Source: Candidatus Bathyarchaeota archaeon (GTDB lineage Archaea > Thermoproteota > Bathyarchaeia > Bathyarchaeales > Bathycorpusculaceae). From it: a DNA stretch of 36,132 nucleotides. Where the stretch lies: the NCBI GenBank assembly GCA_963739305.1, contig CAVTZU010000006.1:1-36132 (forward strand), in the 5' to 3' direction. The position numbers and the translations under genes were made by a program. Under the pieces are notes generated by a model that saw only the letters and a program-made list of their open reading frames with translations, ran no database searches and was not told where the DNA came from. Positions 19,771 through 28,422 of the stretch are shown here, piece after piece. Positions within the stretch are counted from its first letter, which is position 1; the number at the start of each line of letters is the position of its first letter.

Positions 19771-20058
19771 ATGCCAGAGAGAATCAGACATGCACCCCTT
19801 GACAAAGAGAAAATGAAAAGGCCAGAAACTGAAATTCACATAATCAAAGATCAATGCAAAGGATGTGGCTACTGCATCGAATACTGCCCTCGCCAAGTCC
19901 TCGAGGAGTCCAGCGAGATAAACGCAAGAGGAGTTCGTCCTCCGAAGATCGTGGATCAAGAGAAATGCATGAACTGCGGCTTCTGCACTGCAGTCTGCCC
20001 AGACTTTGCGATCTTTGTCACCGAAAAGAAGATTGAGAAGGAGAGCAAACATGCCTAA
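19771..20058 (+). CDS. korD: 2-oxoacid:ferredoxin oxidoreductase delta subunit (2x[4Fe-4S])
   Basis: CKGCGYCIEYCP and CMNCGFCTAVCPDFAI; immediately upstream of the alpha subunit. Confidence 0.88.
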   Translation: MPERIRHAPLDKEKMKRPETEIHIIKDQCKGCGYCIEYCPRQVLEESSEINARGVRPPKIVDQEKCMNCGFCTAVCPDFAIFVTEKKIEKESKHA

Positions 20059-21202
20059 AACAAAAAACATACTCACGGGAGCCCATTTTCTGAACGGCGA
20101 CGTTGCGAGTGCCGAAGCGGCATTGATCGCCGGCTGCAGGTTCTTCGCAGGCTACCCGATAACGCCTGCTACCGAAATTGCCGAGCATCTTTCTGAGAGG
20201 ATGCCGGAACTCGGTGGAATCTATATACAGATGGAAGATGAGATCGCCTCTCTGGCAGCTGTCATCGGAGCATCATATTCAGGATTGAAAGCGATGACGG
20301 CAACTTCAGGACCCGGGTTCAGTCTGATGCAGGAAAACATCGGGCTCGCCGTGATGACTGAAGCTCCATGCGTGATAGTTGACGTCATGCGGGGTGGACC
20401 AAGTACTGGACAACCCACTATGCCTGGACAGCAAGATGTGATGCAGGCGAAATGGGGTTCGCATGGAGATTATGGAATCATCGCAGTGACGCCTTCTTCA
20501 GTTCAAGAAATGTTCGATTTGACGATTGAAGCCTTTAACCTTTCTGAAACCTACAGAGTTCCCACTCTTTTGATGGCAGATGAAATAGTGGGACACATGT
20601 GGGAGAAAGTCGTCATCCCACCGGTTGAAAAGTTGAAAATGGTCAACCGCAAGAAGCCAAACGTGAAACCAGAAAAATACAAGCCGTTCATGCCTGACGC
20701 CGATTTGGTTCCGCCGATGGCAACGTTCGGGGAAGGATATCATTTCCATGCAACTGGGTTGACGCACAATGAAAGCGGTTATCCGAGAACTTCAAGCTCC
20801 GAAGTTCAATCCAAGCTTGTCAATAGGCTATGCGACAAGATACAGAAAAATGCCGACAAAATCATCAAGGTCGAAGAGACAATGCTTGAAGACGCAGACG
20901 TTGCAGTCGTGGCCTACGGCATAGTTGCGCGTAGTGCCCTGAGCGCAATCAGACAAGCCAGAGAGAAAGGCATCAAAGCAGGCTTGCTACGACTCATCAC
21001 ACTCTGGCCGTTTCCAGAAAAACAAGTCGCTAAAATCGCAAAACAAGTTCGCGGAATAATAGTTCCAGAAATGAACTGCGGACAGCTCGTACGAGAAGTG
21101 GAGAGGGCCGCAAAAGAAACGCCAGTAACGTTCCTTTCGAAGCTCGGCGAGGAACCGCACACTCCAAACGAAATTCTAGAAGAAATAAGGAGGATCAAAT
21201 GA
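20051..21202 (+). CDS. korA: 2-oxoacid:ferredoxin oxidoreductase alpha subunit
   Basis: AGYPITPATE, QMEDE, TSGPG, RGGPSTGQPT and PEMN.GQ. Confidence 0.93.
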   Translation: MPKTKNILTGAHFLNGDVASAEAALIAGCRFFAGYPITPATEIAEHLSERMPELGGIYIQMEDEIASLAAVIGASYSGLKAMTATSGPGFSLMQENIGLAVMTEAPCVIVDVMRGGPSTGQPTMPGQQDVMQAKWGSHGDYGIIAVTPSSVQEMFDLTIEAFNLSETYRVPTLLMADEIVGHMWEKVVIPPVEKLKMVNRKKPNVKPEKYKPFMPDADLVPPMATFGEGYHFHATGLTHNESGYPRTSSSEVQSKLVNRLCDKIQKNADKIIKVEETMLEDADVAVVAYGIVARSALSAIRQAREKGIKAGLLRLITLWPFPEKQVAKIAKQVRGIIVPEMNCGQLVREVERAAKETPVTFLSKLGEEPHTPNEILEEIRRIK

Positions 21203-22053
21203 TGATTCAAGAAGCAACAGTAACCCATCCATTCTCGAAGTACCTCAGGGAAGAAATGATGCCACACATTTGGTGCCCCGGCTGCGGCAACGGCATCGTC
21301 CTCAACTGCTTCGCCCATGCTCTTGACGAGTTGAAGATGGATATGGACAAACTCGTCATCGTTTCCGGAATAGGCTGCATCGGGCGAACCGCGGGATACG
21401 TGAATGCAGACTCTTTCCACACTACGCATGGACGTGCGTTGCCCTTTGCAACAGGCGTCAAGCTTGCAAACCCAAATCTGGAAGTCGTAGTCATAAGCGG
21501 AGACGGAGACCTCTTCGCGATCGGAGGAAACCATTTCATACACGCAGCACGCAGAAACGTCGGCGTAAAGGTGGTCTGCGTCAACAATCTCAACTACGGT
21601 ATGACTGGTGGGCAGCAAGGTCCGACAACTCCGATCGATGCGATAACGCCTACGAGTCCGTTCGGCAACATTGAGAATCCCTTCAACCTGGTGCACCTAG
21701 GCGCTGCGTCTGGTGCTACGTACGTAGCAAGATGGACAACCCTTCACGTGCGAAGACTAACGATTTCTCTTAAGAAAATGCTCCTGAAGGAAGGTTTCGC
21801 CTTCGTCGAGGTGCTGGCGCCATGCCCCGAAATATACGGTCGGCACAACAAGATGCGCTCAGGACTCGAAATGATGAGCTGGTTCAAGAGAGCGTCGGTT
21901 ATAGACAACTTTTCAGATCCTTCAAAGGCAGAGATAACGCCCGACCGAATAGTCGTGGGCGAGTTCATGGACACGGAGAAGCTCAGCTATGAAAAGATGC
22001 TTCACGAAAAAATCTCAAAGATAAACGAGAAAGCAATGGAGAAAGTGAGCTAA
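21199..22053 (+). CDS. korB: 2-oxoacid:ferredoxin oxidoreductase beta subunit (TPP-binding)
   Basis: WCPGCG, SGIGC, HGRA, GDGD..AIGGNH and YGMTGGQ. Confidence 0.93.
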   Translation: MMIQEATVTHPFSKYLREEMMPHIWCPGCGNGIVLNCFAHALDELKMDMDKLVIVSGIGCIGRTAGYVNADSFHTTHGRALPFATGVKLANPNLEVVVISGDGDLFAIGGNHFIHAARRNVGVKVVCVNNLNYGMTGGQQGPTTPIDAITPTSPFGNIENPFNLVHLGAASGATYVARWTTLHVRRLTISLKKMLLKEGFAFVEVLAPCPEIYGRHNKMRSGLEMMSWFKRASVIDNFSDPSKAEITPDRIVVGEFMDTEKLSYEKMLHEKISKINEKAMEKVS

Positions 22054-22054
22054 A

Positions 22055-22597
22055 ATGCGAGTTGAAGTTAGGTTTGCAGGTTTCGGCGGTCAAGGAATCA
22101 TCAAATCAGGAATAATCATTGCTTCCGCAGCCAGCATCCACGCTGGAAAGAACGCCGTCCAGACTCAATCCTACGGTCCAGAATCAAGAGGCGGAGCCTG
22201 CAAGTCCGAAGTCGTCATTTCAGAAGAAGAAATAGACTTCCCGAAACTGGTCCAACCCGAAGTCCTAGTGGTCATGTCCCAAGCCGCTTACAACGACTAT
22301 GCAGACGACATCAAACCAGGAGGAACCGTGATCATGGACCCTGACATGATACCGACAGAGAAGAATCTAGGAAAAGTCAGAATCTACAGGGTTCCAGCAA
22401 CAAAAATCGCGGAACAACTCGGCAGGAGAATCGTGGCGAACATCGTCATGTTGGGAGCGTTCGTCTCAATCACTAAATTGCTCGATGAAAACGCAGTCAA
22501 AGAATCGATAAAAGAGAACATACCGAAAGGAACCGAGGAACTGAACCTAGCGGCGTTTGAAAAAGGATACGAGTGCGGAAGAAAACTCGAAGCCTAG
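22055..22597 (+). CDS. korC: 2-oxoacid:ferredoxin oxidoreductase gamma subunit
   Basis: AGFGGQG, SYGPESRGG and NIVMLGA. Confidence 0.92.
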   Translation: MRVEVRFAGFGGQGIIKSGIIIASAASIHAGKNAVQTQSYGPESRGGACKSEVVISEEEIDFPKLVQPEVLVVMSQAAYNDYADDIKPGGTVIMDPDMIPTEKNLGKVRIYRVPATKIAEQLGRRIVANIVMLGAFVSITKLLDENAVKESIKENIPKGTEELNLAAFEKGYECGRKLEA

Positions 22598-22600
22598 AAT

Positions 22601-23209
22601 CTACTCCGCCGCTTCGGCCTTAAGCTGTGAAAGCTGCGTTACCACTTTTGAATTCCTAATCCCTACATGACGCAGAGGAGCGATCTTCTTAGCTTCGTTG
22701 TAGATGTCTGAAGCGATCTTGCCCAAAACCATTTCCTGGGCAAACTGGTCCATTGTCAGCGCCTTGGCTTTTTCCTTGATAATCCTATTCATGATTGCCC
22801 GCAGAATCTTCTCTTGCGAAGTCTTTATTCTTGAAAGTGTAAATGCACTGACCGCAACGCGAACGTTGTGCCCATCCTTGGTCGTAATGCTGAAAAGACC
22901 GTCAACCTTAGTCGTTCTTCTCCTAACAAGACTACGGAGATAGTCGCGAGAATACTCGTGACCCTTGAACATCGTCTTGGCCGTTTTCCCGTCTACTTCA
23001 GTTATCTGGAAACGCATCTTCAAGTACTGATGCGCAAAATCATTGGTAATGTCATACAGTGTTGAGTCAACGACTCGTCCAACTAAGCTCTCCGGGTTCT
23101 CAGCTGGCACAGAGCCCAACTCGGTGTTGCCGAAGTATGGCGGAGACATTACCATATACCACGATTTCCCTCGCCATTTGTCACGAACGCGCTTCGTCTT
23201 TGAAGACAC
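22601..23209 (-). CDS. rps3ae: 30S ribosomal protein S3Ae (eS1)
   Basis: RDKW..K.WY, RDYLRSLVRR and KKIAPLR. Confidence 0.96.
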   Translation of the reverse strand: MSSKTKRVRDKWRGKSWYMVMSPPYFGNTELGSVPAENPESLVGRVVDSTLYDITNDFAHQYLKMRFQITEVDGKTAKTMFKGHEYSRDYLRSLVRRRTTKVDGLFSITTKDGHNVRVAVSAFTLSRIKTSQEKILRAIMNRIIKEKAKALTMDQFAQEMVLGKIASDIYNEAKKIAPLRHVGIRNSKVVTQLSQLKAEAAE

Positions 23210-23259
23210 CTTTACCCTCCGAATGCAGCTTCAAAGTTCACATCATACTATTAAAAGTT

Positions 23260-24549
23260 TTACCGTTCAGCCACTATTTTCTCGATACCGCCCATGTATC
23301 GTCTCAGGACATCTGGAACAAGAACCGAGCCATCTTCCTGTTGATAATTCTCGATTAAGGCAACTATGGTTCTGCCGGTAGCTATGGCCGTCGAGTTCAA
23401 TGTGTGCACAAACCCTTTGGGCGCTTCACCTTCTTTTTCTCGGTATTTGATGTTGAGCCTTCTAGCTTGATAATCCGTGCAGTTACTGCACGATACGATT
23501 TCCCGGTAAGCGTTCTGAGCCGGCATCCAAGCCTCAATGTCGTACTTCTTCGCTGCCACCGTGCCGATGTCACCCGTGCAAACATTCACAACGCGATAGG
23601 CCAACCCCAGCTTCTTGACGAGTTCCTCAGCGTTGTGAATCAACTCTTCATGCAGCTTCCAAGAATCCTCTGGCCTGCTGAAGATGAACTGCTCAACCTT
23701 GTTGAACTGGTGGGTACGGAAGACTCCTCGCGTGTCTTTGCCGTGCGCGCCTGCTTCTTTCCTGAAGTTGGTGCTGACTCCGGCAAGCTTCAAGGGCAAA
23801 TCTTCGGCCATCAACACTTCATCCATGAACATGGCGCCCATCGGATGCTCTGAGGTCGCGATCAAGTAGAGATCCTCGTTTTCAACCTTGTAAAGCACGT
23901 CCTCAAAATCGCCTAGGGCCACGACGCCTTCGTAGGCCTTCCGCCTCATTAGGTAAGGCGGCTCGACCGGGCTGTAACCTTTCTTTGCAATTTCTTCGAG
24001 AGCAAAGTTGATCAAGGCCATGTCAAGAAGGACAGCGTCTTTCTTTAAGAAGAAAAATCTGGCTCCAGTTATCTTCCCGGCTCTTTCAACGTCCACGATG
24101 TCGAGTTTCGTGCCTATATCCATGTGATCTTTAACGGGAAAAGCGAACTTTGGCGGCTCGCCCCACTTTCGTATTTCGACATTGTCGTTTTCGTCCTTGC
24201 CGAATGGAACGGTTTCATGCAGAAGGTTTGGAAGCGTCATCAACAGAGCATGAACTTTTTCTTCGGCTTCGGTAACTTGTTTTTCCAGTTTGGTGATTTC
24301 GGTATCAACCTTCTTAGCCTTTACGATTTCCTTGTTTGTGTCTCCTCCTTTCTTCTTCGCAATCGCGATCTCGGTCGTTATTTGTTTCCGTTCGTGACGA
24401 AGATTGTTCAGCTCGGTTAAGCCTTGCCGCCACGTTTTATCTGAGGCTATGAGATCGTCGAGCATCTTCAGGTTCGAAGGATCCCCTCGCTTATGCAGAT
24501 TCTGCCTCACAAGTTCCGGGTTTTCCCTTATGATTCTAATATCGAGCAT
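23260..24549 (-). CDS. serS: Serine--tRNA ligase
   Basis: MLDIRIIR, ATSEH, FRKEAG.HG.DTRG.FR.HQF, SCSNCTDYQARR and HTLNST. Confidence 0.97.
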   Translation of the reverse strand: MLDIRIIRENPELVRQNLHKRGDPSNLKMLDDLIASDKTWRQGLTELNNLRHERKQITTEIAIAKKKGGDTNKEIVKAKKVDTEITKLEKQVTEAEEKVHALLMTLPNLLHETVPFGKDENDNVEIRKWGEPPKFAFPVKDHMDIGTKLDIVDVERAGKITGARFFFLKKDAVLLDMALINFALEEIAKKGYSPVEPPYLMRRKAYEGVVALGDFEDVLYKVENEDLYLIATSEHPMGAMFMDEVLMAEDLPLKLAGVSTNFRKEAGAHGKDTRGVFRTHQFNKVEQFIFSRPEDSWKLHEELIHNAEELVKKLGLAYRVVNVCTGDIGTVAAKKYDIEAWMPAQNAYREIVSCSNCTDYQARRLNIKYREKEGEAPKGFVHTLNSTAIATGRTIVALIENYQQEDGSVLVPDVLRRYMGGIEKIVAER

Positions 24550-24609
24550 TTTTCCACTTGCAGCCTTTAGGTCTAGCCTTAACTTGTCTATTTAAGCTTA
24601 CGATTATCT

Positions 24610-24897
24610 TTATCCGGCAGAACCAGAATCGCTCTCGATTGCACGGCTTCTACCAAGCTTACTTGCTGCTTCAACAGCTCTCTCCGCGGTCGAGACGCAA
24701 AGAAGAAGATCATCGATGGTCGCGATGAAGGTTGAAAACTTGCCCGTGTGGACTATGTTCGTAATTACTTTGTTTGCTCTTCTCACCGTCTGGATTGACA
24801 ATCCTTCTGGTGTTTTGAAGTTGTCTGGCGAAACCGCCTTGGCAATAGCTTCTGCAACCTTGTCATTATCATATTCGAGTTTGATTTCAGCTTCCAA
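24610..24897 (-). CDS. pcc1: KEOPS complex subunit Pcc1
   Basis: AVSPDN and ATIDDLL; size and position between the DHH gene and serS/rps3ae. Confidence 0.8.
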   Translation of the reverse strand: MEAEIKLEYDNDKVAEAIAKAVSPDNFKTPEGLSIQTVRRANKVITNIVHTGKFSTFIATIDDLLLCVSTAERAVEAASKLGRSRAIESDSGSAG

Positions 24898-26344
24898 TCT
24901 TTTCGCCCTTCAGTTGCTTCCCCACGAGTTCGTCTACGGTTTGGATGAAGTTGTTGATTTCTTCGATTGGAACCTGGGCTCCTGCGGCGATGTTGTGTCC
25001 ACCGCCTTTTCCCTTGAATTTCTCAGCCGCAACCTGCATGACTTCGCCAAGGTTGACACCTTTGCTGACGACGGCGTCCGTAGTTCGAGACGAGATCTTG
25101 GCAATTCCTTCTTCCTGAAGGTTCGCATACGCAATCAAGGGTTTCTCTGTGTTAGGAAGACTTGACGTGAGTATAGATGAGATGGCCCCGACCATCTTGT
25201 CGTTGATGAAGTCTTCACCGTACACTGCGTATATGTTCACGAACTCTTTCATTCTCTCGGGCTTTTCCATCACCCAGCCAAGGTACTTGTTAATTGTTCG
25301 TCTGTACTCTTCGAGCACTTTGTTGGCTTCCTCAAGGGCCAAAGCTCTGTCCCCCATGCACACCGCCACCCCAAGCCCAGCCTTTTCCATGCGACCAGTC
25401 CCATTCAATAGAACAGCGAATTCGCGTGCGTCTCTAAGCGGAGTCCACGGTTCCTCTCGAGTCAACGTGTAAACGTGTCCGATCAGGTTAGTGACTTCAT
25501 AATGCAGGCCCAACGAAACTAGATGGTCCCCGAGCTTTGAGGACAAACGTTTCTTTTCCTCTTCGCTGAGGTCTCTTAGCGCCCGCCACTTGTCGCCGTT
25601 CTTGGGCTCGATGTTCAAGCTCCTAAGAAAAGCCAAGCTTTTTTCTTCATCACCGCTTATGCCAGGAATGAAAGGATTCGTAGTCGAAACCAGTGCCTTA
25701 AGGATCGGCCGTGTCTCTCTTCCGAAAAAGATCAAATCCTTCTCAACAGTGAGCAGACCCGTGCCCGTAGCGTCTTCAACAATCTTTCCGTTCAACCCGC
25801 CAAGCATTCTCTGATCGTACTTGTCCTGCAGATCTCCGAGGGCTCCGACCACAGCCACAGGAGCCAAATCAACGTTCATCTTATCAATCGCTTTTGCAAC
25901 GAAATATGCGACGCCTGAGCCGCTAATGTCCCTAGCACCGTCTAACCCATGCAGATGAGGGTTGACCTGTACAAAGTTGCCGGATTCTTTGCATATCACT
26001 TGGTGATGGTCCAGAATAACGATCTTGAAGTCTGAGAGCTTCTGATTTAGAACGTCAACGTAGCCGCTTCCGAGGTCGGTGAAGATGATGAGCTGAGGCT
26101 TATCTGAAAGAACCTCCTCAACGATCTTGTCTTCTATCCACTGCGTAATGCGAATTCTGAACCTCGCACCCATCCTGAACAGTGCCTTACTGATTATTCC
26201 CGCTGCAGCGATTCCATCTGCATCCAGATGGGAGAAAACGTGAATCAACCCGTCCTGCCTGACCGTTTCGGTTATGGTCTTGGCTGCTTGTTCGCTGGAA
26301 TTGAGAAAGCCGGTGACCTGGTCTTCTGAAGCCGAAGCCATCAT
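24887..26344 (-). CDS. DHH/DHHA1 phosphoesterase, RecJ/Cdc45-like (GAN orthologue by synteny)
   Basis: HLDADG, DLG, DHH, GALGD and GGGH motifs intact; rps15-DHH-pcc1 gene order. Confidence 0.88.
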   Translation of the reverse strand: MMASASEDQVTGFLNSSEQAAKTITETVRQDGLIHVFSHLDADGIAAAGIISKALFRMGARFRIRITQWIEDKIVEEVLSDKPQLIIFTDLGSGYVDVLNQKLSDFKIVILDHHQVICKESGNFVQVNPHLHGLDGARDISGSGVAYFVAKAIDKMNVDLAPVAVVGALGDLQDKYDQRMLGGLNGKIVEDATGTGLLTVEKDLIFFGRETRPILKALVSTTNPFIPGISGDEEKSLAFLRSLNIEPKNGDKWRALRDLSEEEKKRLSSKLGDHLVSLGLHYEVTNLIGHVYTLTREEPWTPLRDAREFAVLLNGTGRMEKAGLGVAVCMGDRALALEEANKVLEEYRRTINKYLGWVMEKPERMKEFVNIYAVYGEDFINDKMVGAISSILTSSLPNTEKPLIAYANLQEEGIAKISSRTTDAVVSKGVNLGEVMQVAAEKFKGKGGGHNIAAGAQVPIEEINNFIQTVDELVGKQLKGEKIGS

Positions 26345-26443
26345 AATCCACCCTAGCCTTGTTATTGAGATTATTTAAAGATTTCAAGAAGCGCTAGGTC
26401 TGGCTTTGCTTACTGCATTGGAAAACGTTGCGGCAGAAAACGT

Positions 26444-26884
26444 TTAGGTTATCGAGGCTATTTTGGGCTCGTACTTCCAGCCCTTGGGCAAAACGCCGAC
26501 ACGCTTGTAGAACCTCGACAGCTTGTGAATCTTTGCCTCTATCAGCTGAAGCGCTCGTCTATTGTAAAGGTCAGTGTGGTTTCTTTCGAGATGAAGACCC
26601 AGACTCTCAGCTTTTTTCATTAGGCTCGCCAAGTCCTCGGGCATAGACGGGGCGAGACTATTCTCTCTCAGCACCGTCAGAATCCTTTTTCCGGTTATCG
26701 GTTTTGCCAACGGAATAGAGTGCTGGTCTCTCAGAATCGTGCCTATCCGACTGGGAGAGTGGCCTTCTTTACCGAGCTTCACAATCAAGGCTTCCACTTC
26801 TTCAGGCTGGTATTTGCACCAGTTTGGAGGGCGCTTGCTGACAGGTCTCGTGGCATGCGATTTTCCCTTTTCCTGCTTAGGCAT
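26444..26884 (-). CDS. rps15: 30S ribosomal protein S15 (uS15, archaeal type)
   Basis: IGTILRDQH, PEDL, HLERNH.D and LIEAKIHKL.RFYK...LP.GWKY. Confidence 0.96.
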   Translation of the reverse strand: MPKQEKGKSHATRPVSKRPPNWCKYQPEEVEALIVKLGKEGHSPSRIGTILRDQHSIPLAKPITGKRILTVLRENSLAPSMPEDLASLMKKAESLGLHLERNHTDLYNRRALQLIEAKIHKLSRFYKRVGVLPKGWKYEPKIASIT

Positions 26885-26960
26885 CAGTTATCCCTTAAAC
26901 TCTGTATCAGCGAAGGTGCGCGCGTATTTAAAAATATTGATCGTTTTTCATAGTTATGTG

Positions 26961-27034
26961 CCACTTTCTTTTCCTGAATAGCTTCTTTCCTCCATGTCTG
27001 TAACGAACTCAAAGCCCACTTCTAATAGCTGTTC
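26961..27034 (-). pseudogene. Short fragment resembling the C-terminal tail of archaeal tyrosine integrases
   Basis: Reads EQLLEVGFEFVTDME, then after a 1-nt slip KKLFRKRKW. An in-frame TAG lies just upstream, so there is no start. Family resemblance is from recall. Confidence 0.55.
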
Positions 27035-27037
27035 GGG

Positions 27038-27046
27038 CGCGCGCTA
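27038..27046 (-). repeat. TAGCGCGCG direct repeat, copy 1
   Basis: + strand CGCGCGCTA, exact match to 28414-28422 and 28843-28851. Confidence 0.8.
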
Positions 27047-27138
27047 GCATCAAACTCAAGAACTGCCGAAACCTGGGCGCGTGAGTACCAAAAGGTATAA
27101 ATCAACCGTTAGGTCGTTCGGTTGGAAGATGATCAAGC

Positions 27139-27433
27139 TTGCCGAGACTTCTGGCCTTCATAGACATCTTCGTAGAATCACCAGAAATGGACAGAGTAGT
27201 GGCAGCTCTTTCCAAACTTGAAAATCTCGAAGAACTGTTCGAAGTAACGGGCGAGTTTGACATTGTGACTCTGTTTTCAGCGTCTGACATTGAGGAGTTC
27301 CGGGACATTCTCAAGAACAAGGTGATGAAGATCAAAGGTGTTAAGAGCACGGTAAGCTCCATCGTTGCTCGCGCTGGTCAAAGAGGAAAAGTCTCCATTT
27401 GAAAAATCCCCTTTGGCACACAACGAATTCTGA
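27139..27433 (+). CDS. Stand-alone Lrp/AsnC ligand-binding (RAM) domain protein, probable +1 frameshift at ~27365
   Basis: EVTGEFDI and IKGVKSTVSSIV. As given it stops at 27402; removing one T gives IVLALVKEEK...NEF* (27433), the typical 'IVL..VKE' ending. Confidence 0.8.
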
Positions 27434-27587
27434 CAGGACCGTAGATGAAGGGGTCTGGAACGAAGAAGAAACGACGCCACCGTCTAGCAGATGGTGAGTT
27501 GATTACAAGCATACTAGAAACTAACTCTGATCTCCCATCCTGCCCGATGATGCTGAAGCAAACGTACGGAACTGAGCCTTCGCGGGC

Positions 27588-28070
27588 TCAGAGTCCTTTC
27601 CATCCCATCATCGGAGGTTCAATGTTCATCTGCCACAACAGCGCTATCAGTTCGCCCCTGTGATGAACCTCTTCCTCAAACACATGAACTAATACATCCT
27701 CGGCCGTGATTTCCACGGTCTTGCCGTCCCCCTTGGCTATGTATTTCTTGCTCAACCCGTTCTTGGGCAACGACTTAATGTATTCGTGCATCCGTTTCTC
27801 AACATGGTTCATGTAACTCTTGACTTCTTTGGAGGTCTTGTAATCGTCATATTTTCTTTTGGATCGAAGGTTTTCTCCCTGCAAGAAATCCAGCCAGTAG
27901 TCTATCGCGTCTAGAGTGTGAACAAATATGTTTCGCATAGAGTGGAAACTCGCCTCTCTGTTCTTGGTGAACTCGGCCCAAGGCATCTGAACCAAGAATT
28001 CGAAATATCTGTGTCTTACGTCCTCATTGTATTGCAGAAGATCTTGAACGTCAACCAACTTTTGCACCAC
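27588..28070 (-). CDS. DinB/YfiT family protein
   Basis: YN..VR, S.RNIFVH, HVFEEEVHHRGEL..LL and IEPP. Start moved to GTG 28070 (or TTG 28058). Confidence 0.85.
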   Translation of the reverse strand: MVQKLVDVQDLLQYNEDVRHRYFEFLVQMPWAEFTKNREASFHSMRNIFVHTLDAIDYWLDFLQGENLRSKRKYDDYKTSKEVKSYMNHVEKRMHEYIKSLPKNGLSKKYIAKGDGKTVEITAEDVLVHVFEEEVHHRGELIALLWQMNIEPPMMGWKGL

Positions 28071-28228
28071 TGAATCACGCTTGTTTGAGGAGCTATTAAA
28101 GCATATGATCTTGCATGTGTACAGGCTGGGTCTAGAAAATTGGACACATGGCAAAAGCATGCTGTTACGGGGCGTGAAATGTTCTATTTTTGGCAACAGG
28201 AAAAATTCGATTTCAACAGAGAAAAAGA

Positions 28229-28315
28229 CTAGCGGGGACGCTTTCGAGCGACCCAGATCTCTGTGGGTCTCCTGTAGTGGGGGATCTCATATTCAAACAA
28301 TGGAACCTTTTTCAA
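28229..28315 (-). CDS. Putative 28-aa small protein MKKVPLFEYEIPHYRRPTEIWVARKRPR
   Basis: GGGAG 8 nt before TTG 28315, TAG at 28229-28231, then TCTTTTTCTC. It fills an otherwise empty gap. Confidence 0.5.
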   Translation of the reverse strand: MKKVPLFEYEIPHYRRPTEIWVARKRPR

Positions 28316-28377
28316 CCGTCTATCTCCCGCTTAAAAGAAGGTTCTCAGTGCTGAAAGGTCTTTCCAACATAAACTCT

Positions 28378-28398
28378 ATAGACTATATAGTAGTCTAT
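28378..28398. promoter_or_regulatory. Perfect inverted repeat ATAGACTA-N5-TAGTCTAT, overlapping palindrome ACTATATAGT; candidate operator
   Basis: Read directly from the sequence; intergenic, upstream of the 28-aa ORF. Confidence 0.5.
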
Positions 28399-28413
28399 CG
28401 TGGAGCCGTGAAC

Positions 28414-28422
28414 CGCGCGCTA
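28414..28422 (-). repeat. TAGCGCGCG direct repeat, copy 2
   Basis: Its TAG is the stop codon of the 104-aa gene. Confidence 0.8.

Noticed and set aside
20914-21696. 260-aa antisense ORF, and the many other shadow ORFs in the track
   Set aside because: They lie opposite or out of frame to well-supported genes and have no recognisable motifs.
28229-28332. tRNA or 5S rRNA (paired ends, TCGAAA loop, ~100 nt)
   Set aside because: No canonical T-loop, D-arm or anticodon-arm geometry and no 5S conserved motifs. A clean small ORF with RBS explains the segment at least as well.
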